From positions 680,416 to 744,415 of the forward strand of contig JAQGDQ010000065.1 in NCBI GenBank assembly GCA_030141605.1: a DNA stretch of 64,000 nt, read 5' to 3'. This DNA is from Tubiluchus corallicola (lineage: Eukaryota; Animalia; Priapulida). Shown here piece by piece: positions 50,288-62,741 of this stretch (its first letter is position 1; each line of letters opens with the position of its first letter). Made by a program: the position numbers and the translations under genes. The notes beneath the pieces were generated by a model that worked only from the letters and a program-made list of their open reading frames with translations, ran no database searches and was not told the origin of the DNA.

Positions 50288-53200
50288 TCAGATCCAAATA
50301 AAAATGTTATTTTTGTAAGATACAATATTAAGCAGCAGATTTTCTTTAAGAAGTTTCTGGATTCGCCTTCCGGCTTCCTTCTTGGATGCTCTTGGCAAAC
50401 TGGTTCGGATACTTTGCTGACTTCTCGTTTGGTCCATGGTTTCTGATTCGACTGATGAACTTTTGGTTTCCTCGCTGTAAATTTCCAGAGGAATCAGTAG
50501 ATTGACAGGTCGGTTTACTTCTTTCTTTGATGGTAACTGTATTTTAACTGATCTCACTTTCCCATCTCGGCTGTATGTATGTTTAATTACTCTTCCGAGT
50601 TTCCAGTTTCCACGTGGGGTGTTTTCTTCTTCGATGAGGACAACTTCTCCAACTGCTGGCTGCCGTTTAATATCGCCTTTTCCTGATTTGTGATGAATAT
50701 TGAAACGTTCTCGCAACGACGGTAGGTATTCATGTGACCATCGGTTCCAGTAATCCGTCAGAATTTGATTTTGCTTTTCTCTGATTTTGCACAAATTTTC
50801 ACTCGTTGGTAATCTTTCTAAGATAAAATCTGGATCATCTTTTGGCATTAATGATGGATCAGGCAAAATTCCTGAAAATCCAGGATTCAAGAAATCTACT
50901 GGTCTAAGTGGTTGCCAATCTGCAGGATCATTTGACACATAAGTTAGTGGTCTGGTATTTACCAAGGCTTCTATGTCGCAAAGTGTGGTTTCCATTTGTT
51001 GTGCCATTAGTGATTTTCGTCCAAGGGATTTCTTTAAGGCAGATTTGACTGTGGCTACCATTCTTTCATAAAACCCTGCTTGCCATGGACTGAGCTCGGG
51101 CACAAATATCCATTCTATTCTATGCAAGCTCAAGTACTGATTTACTTTTCTGTCATCAGCCAGATTTTTCCATAGAAATTTCAGATAATTGTCAGCAGTA
51201 TGAAATTGTTTTGCATTGTCCAAAAATATTTTCTCGGGCAGGATTCGCCGGGAAACAAATCTCCGAAAAGCATCTAGAAAAGACACAGTTGTCATATCTA
51301 AAACTAGTTCAAGATGAACTGTTCGACAGAGCAAGCATGTTATTAGTACACACCATGCCTTCTTACTTGCGTCATTCTTCAAGAAAACTGGTCCAAAATA
51401 GTCCAGTCCAATTATGCTAAATGGCAAAGCTCTTGCCAGCTTTTCTTCTGGAAAAGGGGGAAACGCTGGACGACAGAATGGTCTGCCAGAATGTTTTTTG
51501 CAAATCATGCAGTCTTTTAATACTTGGTTTATTTCAACACGTCCTTTGGGTATCCAATATCTACGTCTGAGTTCAGAGAACGTATGGTTTGTACGTCCAT
51601 GTAATACTGCTTCATGTACGTCCTTTATAATCAAGCTAGTAATCCAATGTTTTCTGGGAAGCAACACTGGATAAGCTCTCTCTTCAGTGTGTGACTGGAA
51701 AAATCTGCCACCACATCGAATTAATCCAGATGAATCCATAAAAAGACCTAGTTGTTGAAGAGTGGTTTTTCTTCACTCAAGAATTGCACATTTTTCTTCT
51801 TTGTAGTACTGTGCCTGCAATCTTTTTAACCACAAATGTTCTGCATAACGAGTTTCTTCTCCATTTATTTCTGAATGATCGCAAATCATTCATACACTGT
51901 CCCCAGTGTTTTAATTTGAAAACTTCATTCCTCTATTTGTTCGAGTATTGAGAATCCTTTTAACAAACTTCAGACAAACTACAGTCACGCGAAGTACTTT
52001 CTGAAATGATGAAAATCGAGCGTCACACATTTCAAGTGGCAACGTTTCACAGTTCAGTAGTTTTACATCATTAGTCATTAGTCACTAGTCAACATCATTG
52101 TAGATTCGGATTTTCTGTCATGCTCTGGGTTTTCAGTCGGCACTACAAAATCTAGCCATTTTTCCACAGGCCCAAATAGCCAGGGCGGTCCAGTCCACCA
52201 GACATCATTTGACATCAAATTCTGTGCACATGTTCCTCTGCTCAGTATATCTGCTGGATTTTGCTTGGTGGGGACATATTTGAATGTCACATCTTCAGCT
52301 TTTTGAATTTCTTGAACCCTATTTTGTACAAAAGGTTCCAGTTGCCTTTTTGAACCAATCCACTGTAGGACAACTTGTGAATAGTGTTTTACCACTCACA
52401 GGGAGTTTGAGTTGATTTTCCACAAAGGTCATTGCTCGAATACCTATGAGAACTCCCATTAGTTCTAATCTTGGTATTGTAAGTTCTTTGCCTTTTTTTC
52501 GAATTTACAGGCCTTAGACGCACTTTTGCGAAGATCAAGGAGCTATTCATGGTTGTAGGTGATGACTCAACCAAGTAGACACATGCTCCATAGCAAGTTG
52601 AAGATGCATCAGTAAATGCTACCAAATTGTAGGATGCAGACTGGTGAGCCATGGTGATTCTTCGTGGTATCAAAACATTATCGATTGGTTTAACCGAATC
52701 GACTATTTTTTCCGATTTTTTTCGTACTGTTTGGGAACGGAATCATCCCGCAACAAGTTTTCTTTCCACAAATCTTGGAACAGCAGTTTAGCATTCACAA
52801 TTGCTGGACTCCACCATCCCAGAGGATCGAATACAGAAGAAAACATTTTCAGCACATTCCGCTTTGTCAAATGCTCAGACGTGGTAAACACATTAATCAG
52901 CAAATGGTCTGACTTCACGAGCCAAGTAATGCCTAGTACTTTAAACTCAGTTTCTTTTGTTCTATCTACATCAGGTATTCTATTTAGGAACTCTTCACTG
53001 TTGCTTATCCATTCTCGGAGATTGAGTGAAGCACTGTCAAAAATTTGCTTTGCTTCCTAATACTTGCTGAATGCTTCATCCACAGTAGTAGCAAAGAGAT
53101 GAACGTTATCCACATATTTATTGGCTTTTATCTCTTCTGCAGTTGTTGTTCCAAACTTTGACAAATGGGTCCTCAGGACTGCTGCCAATAAAAAGGGACT

Positions 53201-54040
53201 GGCATTTATGCCAAAAGGAATTCGGCAGAACCGTTTCACAATGAAGTTATGGTCAGCTTTTGGTAGTTCTGGATTCTTCAACCAGAGAAATCTAGTTGCA
53301 TCTCTGTCAATAGTCTGTAGCCCAATATTCAAAAAGGCTTTTTCGACATCAGCTAACATTGCAATGGGGCTGAGCCGCAGACGCAATAAGATTCCTATTA
53401 GTTCCGGCAGCAAATTAGGACCTTGGTGTATACAGTCATTTAATGATGAGGAATGTTTGTTTGCCTTTGCTGAGGCATTGTATACCAAGCGAATCTTTGT
53501 TGTAGCTTTCTGAGGAGTTAAAACTGGATGATATGGCAAATAATGCTTTACTAAACCAAGTTCTGTGTCTTCAGTAACAGTTTCTGTTACACCTCGCTTC
53601 TCTTGTTCTTCAATAATTTCAGTACACTTTAACATCAAATTCCTATCAGATTCAAAACGTCGACAGAGAGAACGAAATCTTCCTATAGCTAATAAAATTG
53701 TCTGGCAATGATGGTTGTTTGTCTTTCCATGGGAATCTCACCCAGTATCTATTTTTATAGAACTGAAGTGTCTCTCCAAAATCAGCTAAAATTTCATCAC
53801 TCATTGAAGAAGCAGGATCGTCAGTGATTCCAATCGTCTCTAAAGACCAGAAGTCACATGGTTTCTGGCATGTCTCTTGATGCGGTTCGATTCGTTTCAT
53901 TATCTCATTAAACTGTTTTTCACTTGAACAAGTGGTTGCACTAGTGAGAAATGAACAGGCAGCAAGGCTTTGTGGTTTCCTTGTTGCACTTTCAACACGA
54001 CCAGCAATTAGTAGACCCAAGTTTGAATTAGGTTTGAATT
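50288..54040 (-). mobile_element. BEL/Pao retrotransposon pol (RT, RNase H/A17, integrase, DUF5641-like end), frameshifted; gag N-terminus at ~56730-56971
   Basis: FWSLETIGI; HYLPYHPV...KIRLVYNASA...LADVEKAFL...RIPFGINASPFLL...KYVDNV; SVFDPLG; FTDASS; YVPTKQNPADILSRG; open 483-aa integrase ORF GLDYFGP...VHLELV...FLDAFRRFVSRR...FYERMV...GNWKLGRV. Confidence 0.93.
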
Positions 54041-56745
54041 TGGAAGACACAGCACAGGTACTTTGGCGCAAATGGCTTAGCGATCTGCCTGTCCTTGACC
54101 ATTTTGGTATGGGCAGGTGCTTTGTGCCTAAGTCCTTTGAACATGTTCTTACTACTGAACTACATGTCTTCGTAGATGCTTCACAAGCTGCTTATGCAGC
54201 AGTTGCTTATCTTATCGATGTTAATGACCATATTTACTGCAGTTTTGTCATCGCTAAATGTCGGTTAGCACCACTCAAGACCCTACTATACCCAGACTAG
54301 AACTGTGTGCGGCTCTTATGGGTGTAAGGATTGACGAAACATTGAGACGTGAAATACAGCCAAGCATCCAAAACACATACTTCTGGACCGACAGTATGAT
54401 TGTTCTAAGATATATCCATAACTCGGACAAACGCTTCAAGACCTTTGTGGCAAACAGATTATCAGCCATCCATGAGCAGTCTTCACCAAGTCAATGGTAT
54501 CACATTGCAAGTGACAAGAACCCAGCAGATATTGCTACAAGAGGGCTAGGTGCTCAACAGCTTATTGATAATAAGGTTTGGCTCAGTGGTCCAGAATTTC
54601 TGTGGGATGCATCAAGTAACTGGACTAGTATGTCTACAATTCCTTTTGATGTTCAAAACACAGATGACCTTGAGGTAAAGCTTGATGCAGCAGGAATAAA
54701 GGTGAACACAGTAGTAGCAAAAGATAGGCAGGAACCACTTTCTTTGTTCATACGTCACTTCTCTTCCTGGTACAGATTGAAGAAGGGCATTGCATGGCTC
54801 CTTAGATTGAAGTGCATTCTACTTCAAAGGGTCAGAAAATCTCCAAATACGATGGTTCACACTGGCAGGCTTACAGTTCAAGAGCTGGATGAAGCAGAGG
54901 AATCTATCATAATGTATCTCCAAGATGTTCATTTTCAGAAGGAAAAGGCTGCATTGACACATCTGAGCATGGATGTTACAAAGACTGATAGCAAGCAAAG
55001 ATCAACTAAAAGGATTTTGCAGTCTAGCTGCCTTTTCAAGCTTGATCCAATACTAACATCTAATGGTCTAATTTATATAGGAGGTAGAATCAATCACAAG
55101 CACCAGCCTATAATTCCCAGAAATGAACATGTTGTTTCTCTGATCATCAGAGAAATGCATGAAAGGACTGGCCATTCAAGCAGAGAGCATGCGATAAATT
55201 CTAGATTATAAAGGCAAGGCCAATAGTAAGGCGTTTATTATCCAGCTGTACAATTTGTAATGCTCAGCTAGAATCGCAAAAGATGGCGGACCTTCCCAAT
55301 GACAGGCTTGAGTCTGGAAACCCTCCATTTTTGCGAGTAGGAGTTGACTGCTTCGGGCCCTTTCTTGCCAAACGGGGCCGTACACTAGTGAAACGTTACG
55401 GCTGTCTGTTCACATGTCTGGCAACAAGAGCCATTCACCTGGAACTTTTGTTTTCCTTGGAAACTGACAGTTTTTTGAACGGACTATTTCGTTTCATCAG
55501 CAGAAGAGGAGTTCCCGAGCTCATCAGATCAGACTGTGGCACAATCTTCGTTGGTGCTAATGAACAGTTAAAGAAAGCAATTCAGAATTGGAATCAAGAG
55601 CAAATCGATACTGCCTTACGTCAGCAGAATATCCAATGGAAATTCAACACACCCTCAGCTTCACATCAAGGAGGAGTATGGGAACGTATGATACGTTCGG
55701 TACGCAAAGTGATGTCTTCCATTGCAAATCTGCAAACAGTAGATGACGACAGTCTTATAACTCTGTTTTGTCAAGTAGAAGCCATCATAAATGGTCGGCC
55801 GCTTAGTATTGTGTCTGATGATCCACGAGACCTACAGCCTCTTACACCCAATCACATTCTTCTTCTAAGAGGTGGTCCAACATTGCCCTTTGGTAAATGT
55901 TCTGAGACTGATTTGTACAAAAAACGTTTTAGGCAAGTTCAATATTTGTCGAACATCTTCTGGAAGCGTTGGGTATCCGAATACTTGCCATTGCTTCAAA
56001 GCCGTCAGAAATGGCACCATAGGTCTCAAAATTTGAAGATTGGAGATATTGTTATTGTTGCAGACCAGAATTTACCAAGAAGACATTGGAAACTGGCACG
56101 AATAGACAATGTATTTCCTGGCAAGGATGGCTTAGTTAGATCCGTAGAGGTTCGGATGGGTGACTCTGTCTTGCGTAGACCAATTCACAAAATTGCTTGA
56201 CTTGAACGTATTGATGAAAATGTTAACCTAATTGATTAAATGTTCGTAAATTGCCCATTTAATGAGGGGCGGTGTAGCGGGTGCATATAGGCCCTTTTGG
56301 TCTTTATTTAGTTACTGCCACGGTGCTGCCACCTGTTTGTTTATTTAGTAGACTTTTACCCGTCTTTCGATTCTCTCGGCCATTGCTCTAGTGTTGTGTC
56401 TATGATGAACATTATGTCTGTAACTCTCTTACGAGTTTATTGTTGTGACATCGTTGTTCTTAAGGCCTTGGAGTTCTCATTCCTGTCTTTGTAATTGCTA
56501 AAGGCTCTAACAACGTAAGTCATTATTAATTAATTTCAATATATATCATAATTTTTATATCAGTTTTCTTAGTTATAGTCATACATCTAATCATGCGATG
56601 AACTCTTTTCTATTCAATGCAAATTAAACTAATTGTTAAATCATTGTATTACAGAATAAAGAAACTTTTGGTCAGCACATTAAACTGGTGTTTTGCATCC
56701 TTTTCAATTGTGTTTTGATAATAATTAGTATCTGTTTCTCTGACA
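54040..56745 (+). mobile_element. 5'-truncated second BEL/Pao element with PPT and 3' LTR, opposite orientation, inside the first
   Basis: ELHVFVDASQAAYAAVAYL; TIPRLELCAA; FWTDSMIVL; NPADIATRG; integrase VGVDCFGP...TRAIHLE...GGVWERMIR...WKLARI; PPT gaggggcgg; LTR from TGTAGCGG at 56273 with AATAAA at ~56655, right end ~56730-56745 uncertain. Confidence 0.92.
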
Positions 56746-58039
56746 GCGTCTGATTTTTCTAAGTACTGTTCATATTTTTCAACGTATTCCTCAGTTTTTT
56801 GTAAGTTCTGTTGACACGTTTGTGCAAAGCAGTAGCTTTATGTCTGAACTGAAGGAGACCCTCTTCATCAGTTCCTCGTAATTCACAGCCCAATAATTCA
56901 TTGGCTTCGTTAACTGCCTTTTTCAAAAATGAAATTTGTGGTCCAATTCTTTGACGTAGTTTTGCCGCCACGACCTTTTGAACTTTTTAACTATTTATCT
57001 GTTCTCCGTTTTTTCCCAAAATTTGTTTTTCAGGATGTCATTTGATTTTTTCAAGACCATTTTGCGGAATTAATTCACATACAGGATCAGCCTTTTTAAT
57101 TATTCCGCATTTTAGTTCAGATTTGATGTACAGGATCACTGTCTCAACAGTTGTATTAGTAGTAGTAATCACAACAAAAAAGCGAGCAAGAAACAGACAA
57201 ACAACAACAATGACAAATAACAAACAACAGACAAATGAAAAAAGAGGAAGGGAACAAAAAATACATACAATAAATATATATAAATAAATACAAACAACAA
57301 TATGAGCCGCTCTAACTTGTTCGAGTAGGTTATATAAAATATGTTTTTGTTGTATCAAACTTTCCCTGTACCAAATCTTCTCTGTACCGAATTTTCCTAG
57401 TACCAAACTTTCCGAGTACTAAACTTGCCTAGTACCAAATTTTTCCGGTATCAAAATTTTCTCGTACCAAAATTACCAGTACCAAACTTACCTATACCAA
57501 ATTTACTTGTACCATACTTACCGCGCACCCCTTCACATAGTCAATGTTATTTCTAAGATATATAAATTCCGTTCCTGTTTAGCACTAGCTGTTATTAATA
57601 GTGTAATTAATTAGTAATGTTGTTGTTTCCTGTAAGTAAACTTGCACAATTTATGCCCAACCATTTATCAATTCTACGTGTCAGTTGGTGTAAAACAGTG
57701 GCCAGCTGATCTCAACACAGTCCAGACTCCCAGCAATAAATGCTGATAGCGTAGTTTGCTAACGAAAATATCTCCAGTGAAGGAGGAATTAAATAATTAC
57801 TGGGTAAATAATATCAATCAATATAATTACCTGCATGTTCACTGTTAATCAAAAAACGACCCGTGTAGAGACTACTGACATCATTGCCGTTCAATTATTG
57901 CTATTTTACTTTAGGGGTAGCATACGATATCACTTATAGCTAGTAAAAGCGAGTGTATTAGATAATGCGAAACACACTTAATACGAAAAAATATTTCGGA
58001 CTCTTGAAAATCCCGAATTCGACTGTATTACTTATATGA

Positions 58040-58176
58040 AGTAACAGGAACTCCGCAAATTATTATATTGTTCTTTTAGATTATCATAATAAAACCGTAT
58101 GTATCTATAACGAGACCTTTCGTTTGATATATAGATCGCCTAATATGGTGCGGTGGTTGGAGCTGTAGCCTCGAAT

Positions 58177-58209
<33 letters not shown>

Positions 58210-58210
58210 A
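58040..58210 (-). mobile_element. Short copy of the Helitron-like family at 42271
   Basis: Minus strand A|TCCATATA(TA)n AAGATTCGAGGCTACAGCTC...ATCAAACGAAAGGTCTCG; TTTGCGGAG near the 3' end as in the 43020 copy. Confidence 0.55.
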
Positions 58211-59836
58211 TTATATATATATAATATATACATATATATTGAGCTGAACAGGTGAATGTGCATTGTACATTTTTACTCATAGGCACCAGGCCAACCAACC
58301 TACAGGTAATGTTATGACCTCCACTTTAAACTAGGCCTCAAAGGCCATTTAGCTCCCTTTCCATTCTCCTTTGCTACCTCGTACATCAGCACCGTTACAT
58401 CTTCCCAGACCTCCCGAGTTTGAATCCTCGATTGATGAAAGTCCTCCTGCTATTGACCTAGTTTGTGATTTCCTTGATGGGCCAGTCGACGTTACTGCCC
58501 ATGACCCTACCCAGGAACTTATTCAGGACGTTTTAAGAGAGTCTATTCTACCAAAAGTATCAGGTGAATACATAATCTCTACAGAGACAGAGGGCATGCC
58601 TCTCAGTCACCTGAGCGAGTAGGAGACTTCGCTTACTGCCAATCCTGTGTATTCATTAACCTCTCCTCTCCCAGCAGCCCTCCTACTTGGCGAAATGCCT
58701 CCTGATGGCGAAATCCTAAACGAAATTATTTGCATTTGTTTTTCCAGTATTGTTTTAGAATGTAAGAGTAAAACTCTGCAAGACGTTTAGAAGAAAAAAA
58801 TAAACTTGTCGCTCGTTTTTCTTTTCAAAAATTGTAGAATTATTGTTCAGAAATGACGTTTCTTTGAGCAAAGATCTGTTTTGTCCAAGTAAAAACAACT
58901 GATTTTTTTATTGTGCTTAAATGCTTATTTTCAATATTGAGCTATTTTTAATTTATTTCTTCAAGCATCATCTCTCCGGAGATAATGGCTGTACAATAAC
59001 ACTGAATAATTTAATGATGAAAAACCTTTATTAAAATTGTTGAGTGTCACTGTGCTAGTATGTAATAAGTAATTGAACTTTGATTGTAGTGTTGAAACAA
59101 TGTTCTTCATCGAACTGAACAGCTGAATAGTGGAGACCGCATTTTTTTTAGTAATCATGCTTCTTTTGTTGATTGTACCCTTTTCAGCTTACCAAGCAAC
59201 ACTTAGTCCGTTGTTAGCCTTGTGGCAGGCAGAGAAATCTTCTAGACAACTGACAACCCTCGTTTATGTCTGTAGAATTCATTATAATTGGTAAGGTACA
59301 TTTTCTTTTATCTTCTGAAAGTTGACGTGGCTTCATTTTGTTAACGATACTACGTTTTTTTTACACTTTTATTGAAGCGTTGTACATAATCCAAGCGCAA
59401 TGCATTGTTATGGATTTGCATTTAGCAAGTAGCTAAACTTTTCGTCTTTTCGTTGCTGTTTAAAAATACTACGATGGTTACGCTTGCTTGATCAGCCTGT
59501 TTAGTTTATGGAATTTCAAGCATCAGTTTTGAGCTCCTAGTAATTTATTTGTTTTGACCAATAAGCTCGAGATATGCGGTATTACTTTTAACTTTAATTT
59601 CGAATGCCTAAGCTCTGTATTTTCTAGGCATTCACGATAGAGGAAAACAACTATATTCGTGTTTCTGAGTAATCCCTTATAACTGCGTATAGCTGGTAAC
59701 TCTCTTCACATCACTGAGGCTGATGCATCATATTGCTACCTCGGCGGATCACGCTTTTACCATTCTGAGGCCACGAGAGTGATGAATCACTATTGCTGGG
59801 GATTTACATTTAGTATTCCTAGTTATCAGTTATTAC

Positions 59837-60167
59837 TGTCATTATTAGGAGAACTTGTACGAATTTATTTTGGATTTGATCATATTTATCTTTTTTTATT
59901 CATGTATTCTCTTTAATAGAGAAAAACTCTTTTCATGTACGTGCGTAACAATTAGTGAATGTACACCAAGGCCTCCTTCATTTAGAGCACTAAGTAGCTG
60001 TTAAACTAACCAGAACATTATATAACGCGTAGTCTAGTCCCACGATAACTATGTAACTGTTCAGGCTATCCAGTGCTATGTCATCACTTAGGTAGTTCTG
60101 CTGGTAAACGTTTTTTAATAAATGCTACGTGTATTTTGTTTTGTGTTGCTGTTTACACTTAATGACA
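59837..60167 (+). mobile_element. Probable solo LTR
   Basis: Terminal inverted 8-mers TGTCATTA...TAATGACA; internal TATATAA (~60019) and AATAAA (~60117); TSD imperfect (ttac/ttgt). Confidence 0.5.
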
Positions 60168-61748
60168 TTGTTAATCTGGCTGAATCAGATCTTGGTAAGA
60201 TTTCTCATACCGACCCCAAACTGTGTGCTTGACCGGGACAGCCAAGAGTGGGGGAAGGATTATGAAATCAACAGGTGAAAGTGCATTGTACATTTTTATT
60301 CATAGGCACCAGGCCAACCAACCTACATGTAATGTTAAACTAGGAAGCCCATAACATTACCTGCGATTGGTTGATCAGTGATTTCCTGTGTAAAAAAACG
60401 AACATGTGACATCGCTTTCTTTTTGTTGTTTCTTTCCTAAAAGTATGGCGGGCCGTAAGGCTATCTACCGGGTCGAACCCCGGAACAATATATATATAAA
60501 ACATACCACCGAAATTAATATATACGATATCAGGTAAAAAAGTTGCTGATAAAATAAAGTAACTTTGAGCAAAGTAAAAAAAGTGTCGTTCAGATGAAAC
60601 ATGCGTCATTAAGTGAGAAAAACGTCGAATGTTCAGCGATGTTTAAACGAAAGTTCGCTAACAGGGTGTCATTAAGCGAGAATATACTGTACAATTAACT
60701 ATATTTTGGAGTAGTTGTCTAAATTAATTCTGGAGCAGGTCGACACGTTTGCACGATCGCAAAATTTGGTTTCTGCAGCGTTAATTTTTTCACGTAAGTC
60801 AGTCCTAAAAAACTATAATTACGTTCCTTGTCAATGTTTCATAAGTTATGTTATTTTGTAAGATGTTTTTTAAAAATGGGTCCTGTTTTCCCTTTATTTA
60901 GAACAACAGTAGACCCTGTACAGTTAACCGTCGGCAAATTATATCTAATTTATTGACCAACAAGGATTCAGATTACAACTGCATAGTACATAAATATATA
61001 ACAATAAATAAGTTAGTACAAAGAGAAACCAACATGGACTGAATCAGACTTTTCAGTAGTTCATGCACTTACAATGTAGGTTATTGATTACAATGCATTA
61101 GCATGTAAAATCAGTTGATGAATAAAACAGAATGTAAGCGTATAATTTTACAACATTCAAACATCAAGCTTGACTAGTTACCACGTTCCTTACGAATCTG
61201 TAAAATAAAAAGTCAGAATTATTATGTACAACTATTGATGAAACATAACGTACTAAAACATATTATAAAACAGACATGGCATAATTACATACATATAGGC
61301 TGGTAAACACGTAGTTATATAGCCAAGGCATGCTGAGTATACTTTACTAAACTACCCAGTTGCCTAGCTAAAGGATAAGGAAAGGGGTCGTTAAAGTGGT
61401 TTTGAGAAAAAGATCGCCTTAGTTTATTGCAATCTTAAGCTCATATCGTGCTCACGTAATGCTTAAATCTCAACTGCATCATTACGTTACGTCACACACA
61501 CGCACGCGCGCACGCGCACGCACGCACACATGGAACCAGAGCACATGTGGGAAGTACAATTTGCTTCACAGCCCAAGCAACGTGGTGTTTGGCTGTTGCG
61601 CGCATGCGGTCATGCGCACAAGTGTGAGATAACGCGTTGTACGCTAGCGTCTGCTGGTAGGTAGAAAAGTACTGCGTCTATCACAGTAACAGTTGCCACG
61701 TGGTTACCATGTACCGCCATATTCTTGGATGTCATAAAATGTAAACTT

Positions 61749-61751
<3 letters not shown>

Positions 61752-61824
<73 letters not shown>

Positions 61825-61840
61825 CGTGTGTGTGTGTGTG
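61752..61840. repeat. (GT)n microsatellite
   Basis: Direct run. Confidence 0.97.
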
Positions 61841-62109
61841 CTTAAGACATAAATTATGTAATAATGGACGCCTTGCATCCCCAAGAAATAAGTTCTGTTA
61901 CTGTAAGTTATACAACAGCTTAATTTTTCACAATTGTCTCTCCATGAGAAAGTGTGCTAGTGGGCATTATATACAGGCCTTCTGGTTATGGTGTAAATGT
62001 AAAAAATTTTTACGACAAGCTAAACTCTATTTTAAAACAGAGTTGCAATAAAACATGAGAATAAAAAGTGTTTCATTCTAGGATAGTTCAACTTAGATTT
62101 CTTAAAATT

Positions 62110-62702
62110 CAAAGGCCATACTCCAACACATGAATTTTTGGAAACTCTATATTCTTATGGGTACTTCCCTCTGATAAAAAACCAACTCGAGTTACTAGCT
62201 CCACTGCAACTCTAACTGATAATGTTATCACTGATGTCCTTAGCTGTCTTAATATAGAGCAAAGTAATAATGAGATATCCCTATATTCTGTATTGCAGAT
62301 GTAGGCGGCAAGCAAATAAAAGAAACTTGCGTGTGTTACAGATAAATAAAGATAAATTCAAAAGATTGTTACAAAATATTGCATGGAACGATATTTTAGA
62401 CTCTAATAATGCCCAGACTAATTACACGTTATTTCAGGATAATTTGTTAAAATGTTATGAAGCGTGTTTTCCTCTAAAACCTTGTAAAACTCGTAATCTA
62501 GACAAACCCTGGATTACTCCTGGCGTGTTAACTAGCATGAAAAGAAAAAATATGTACAAAGAATACCTAAAATGTCCTTCTCAAAATTTATTGATGGAAT
62601 ACAAGCAGTATCAAAATAAATTAACAAATTTAATAAGGTTACCCGAACGAAAGTTTTATCAAGAAAACTTTCAAGAAAAAAGGGCAACATATCTAAGTCA
62701 TG
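62110..62702 (+). mobile_element. CR1-group LINE fragment (endonuclease end and linker)
   Basis: KPTRVTSSTATLTDNVIT; FKRLLQNIAWNDIL...YEACFPLK...KPWITPGVL...YKQYQNKLTNLIR. Confidence 0.8.
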
Positions 62703-62703
62703 G

Positions 62704-62741
<38 letters not shown>

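Larger units (their letters stand above)
48216..57529. mobile_element. Putative MULE/foldback-like element defined by inverted arrays of 15-17-bp units
   Basis: 48216-48400 (TTTGGTACTAGGAAA)n and 57350-57529 (TTTCCTAGTACCAAA)n, both termini GGTGC; no matching TSD seen, so the arms may belong to different copies. Confidence 0.5.

Noticed and set aside
58371-58622. Pro/acidic 83-aa ORF as a host exon
   Set aside because: TTG start, no recognisable domain and no convincing splice pair; may be a TE relic
61725-62051. CV-repeat ORF
   Set aside because: Translation of the (GT)n microsatellite
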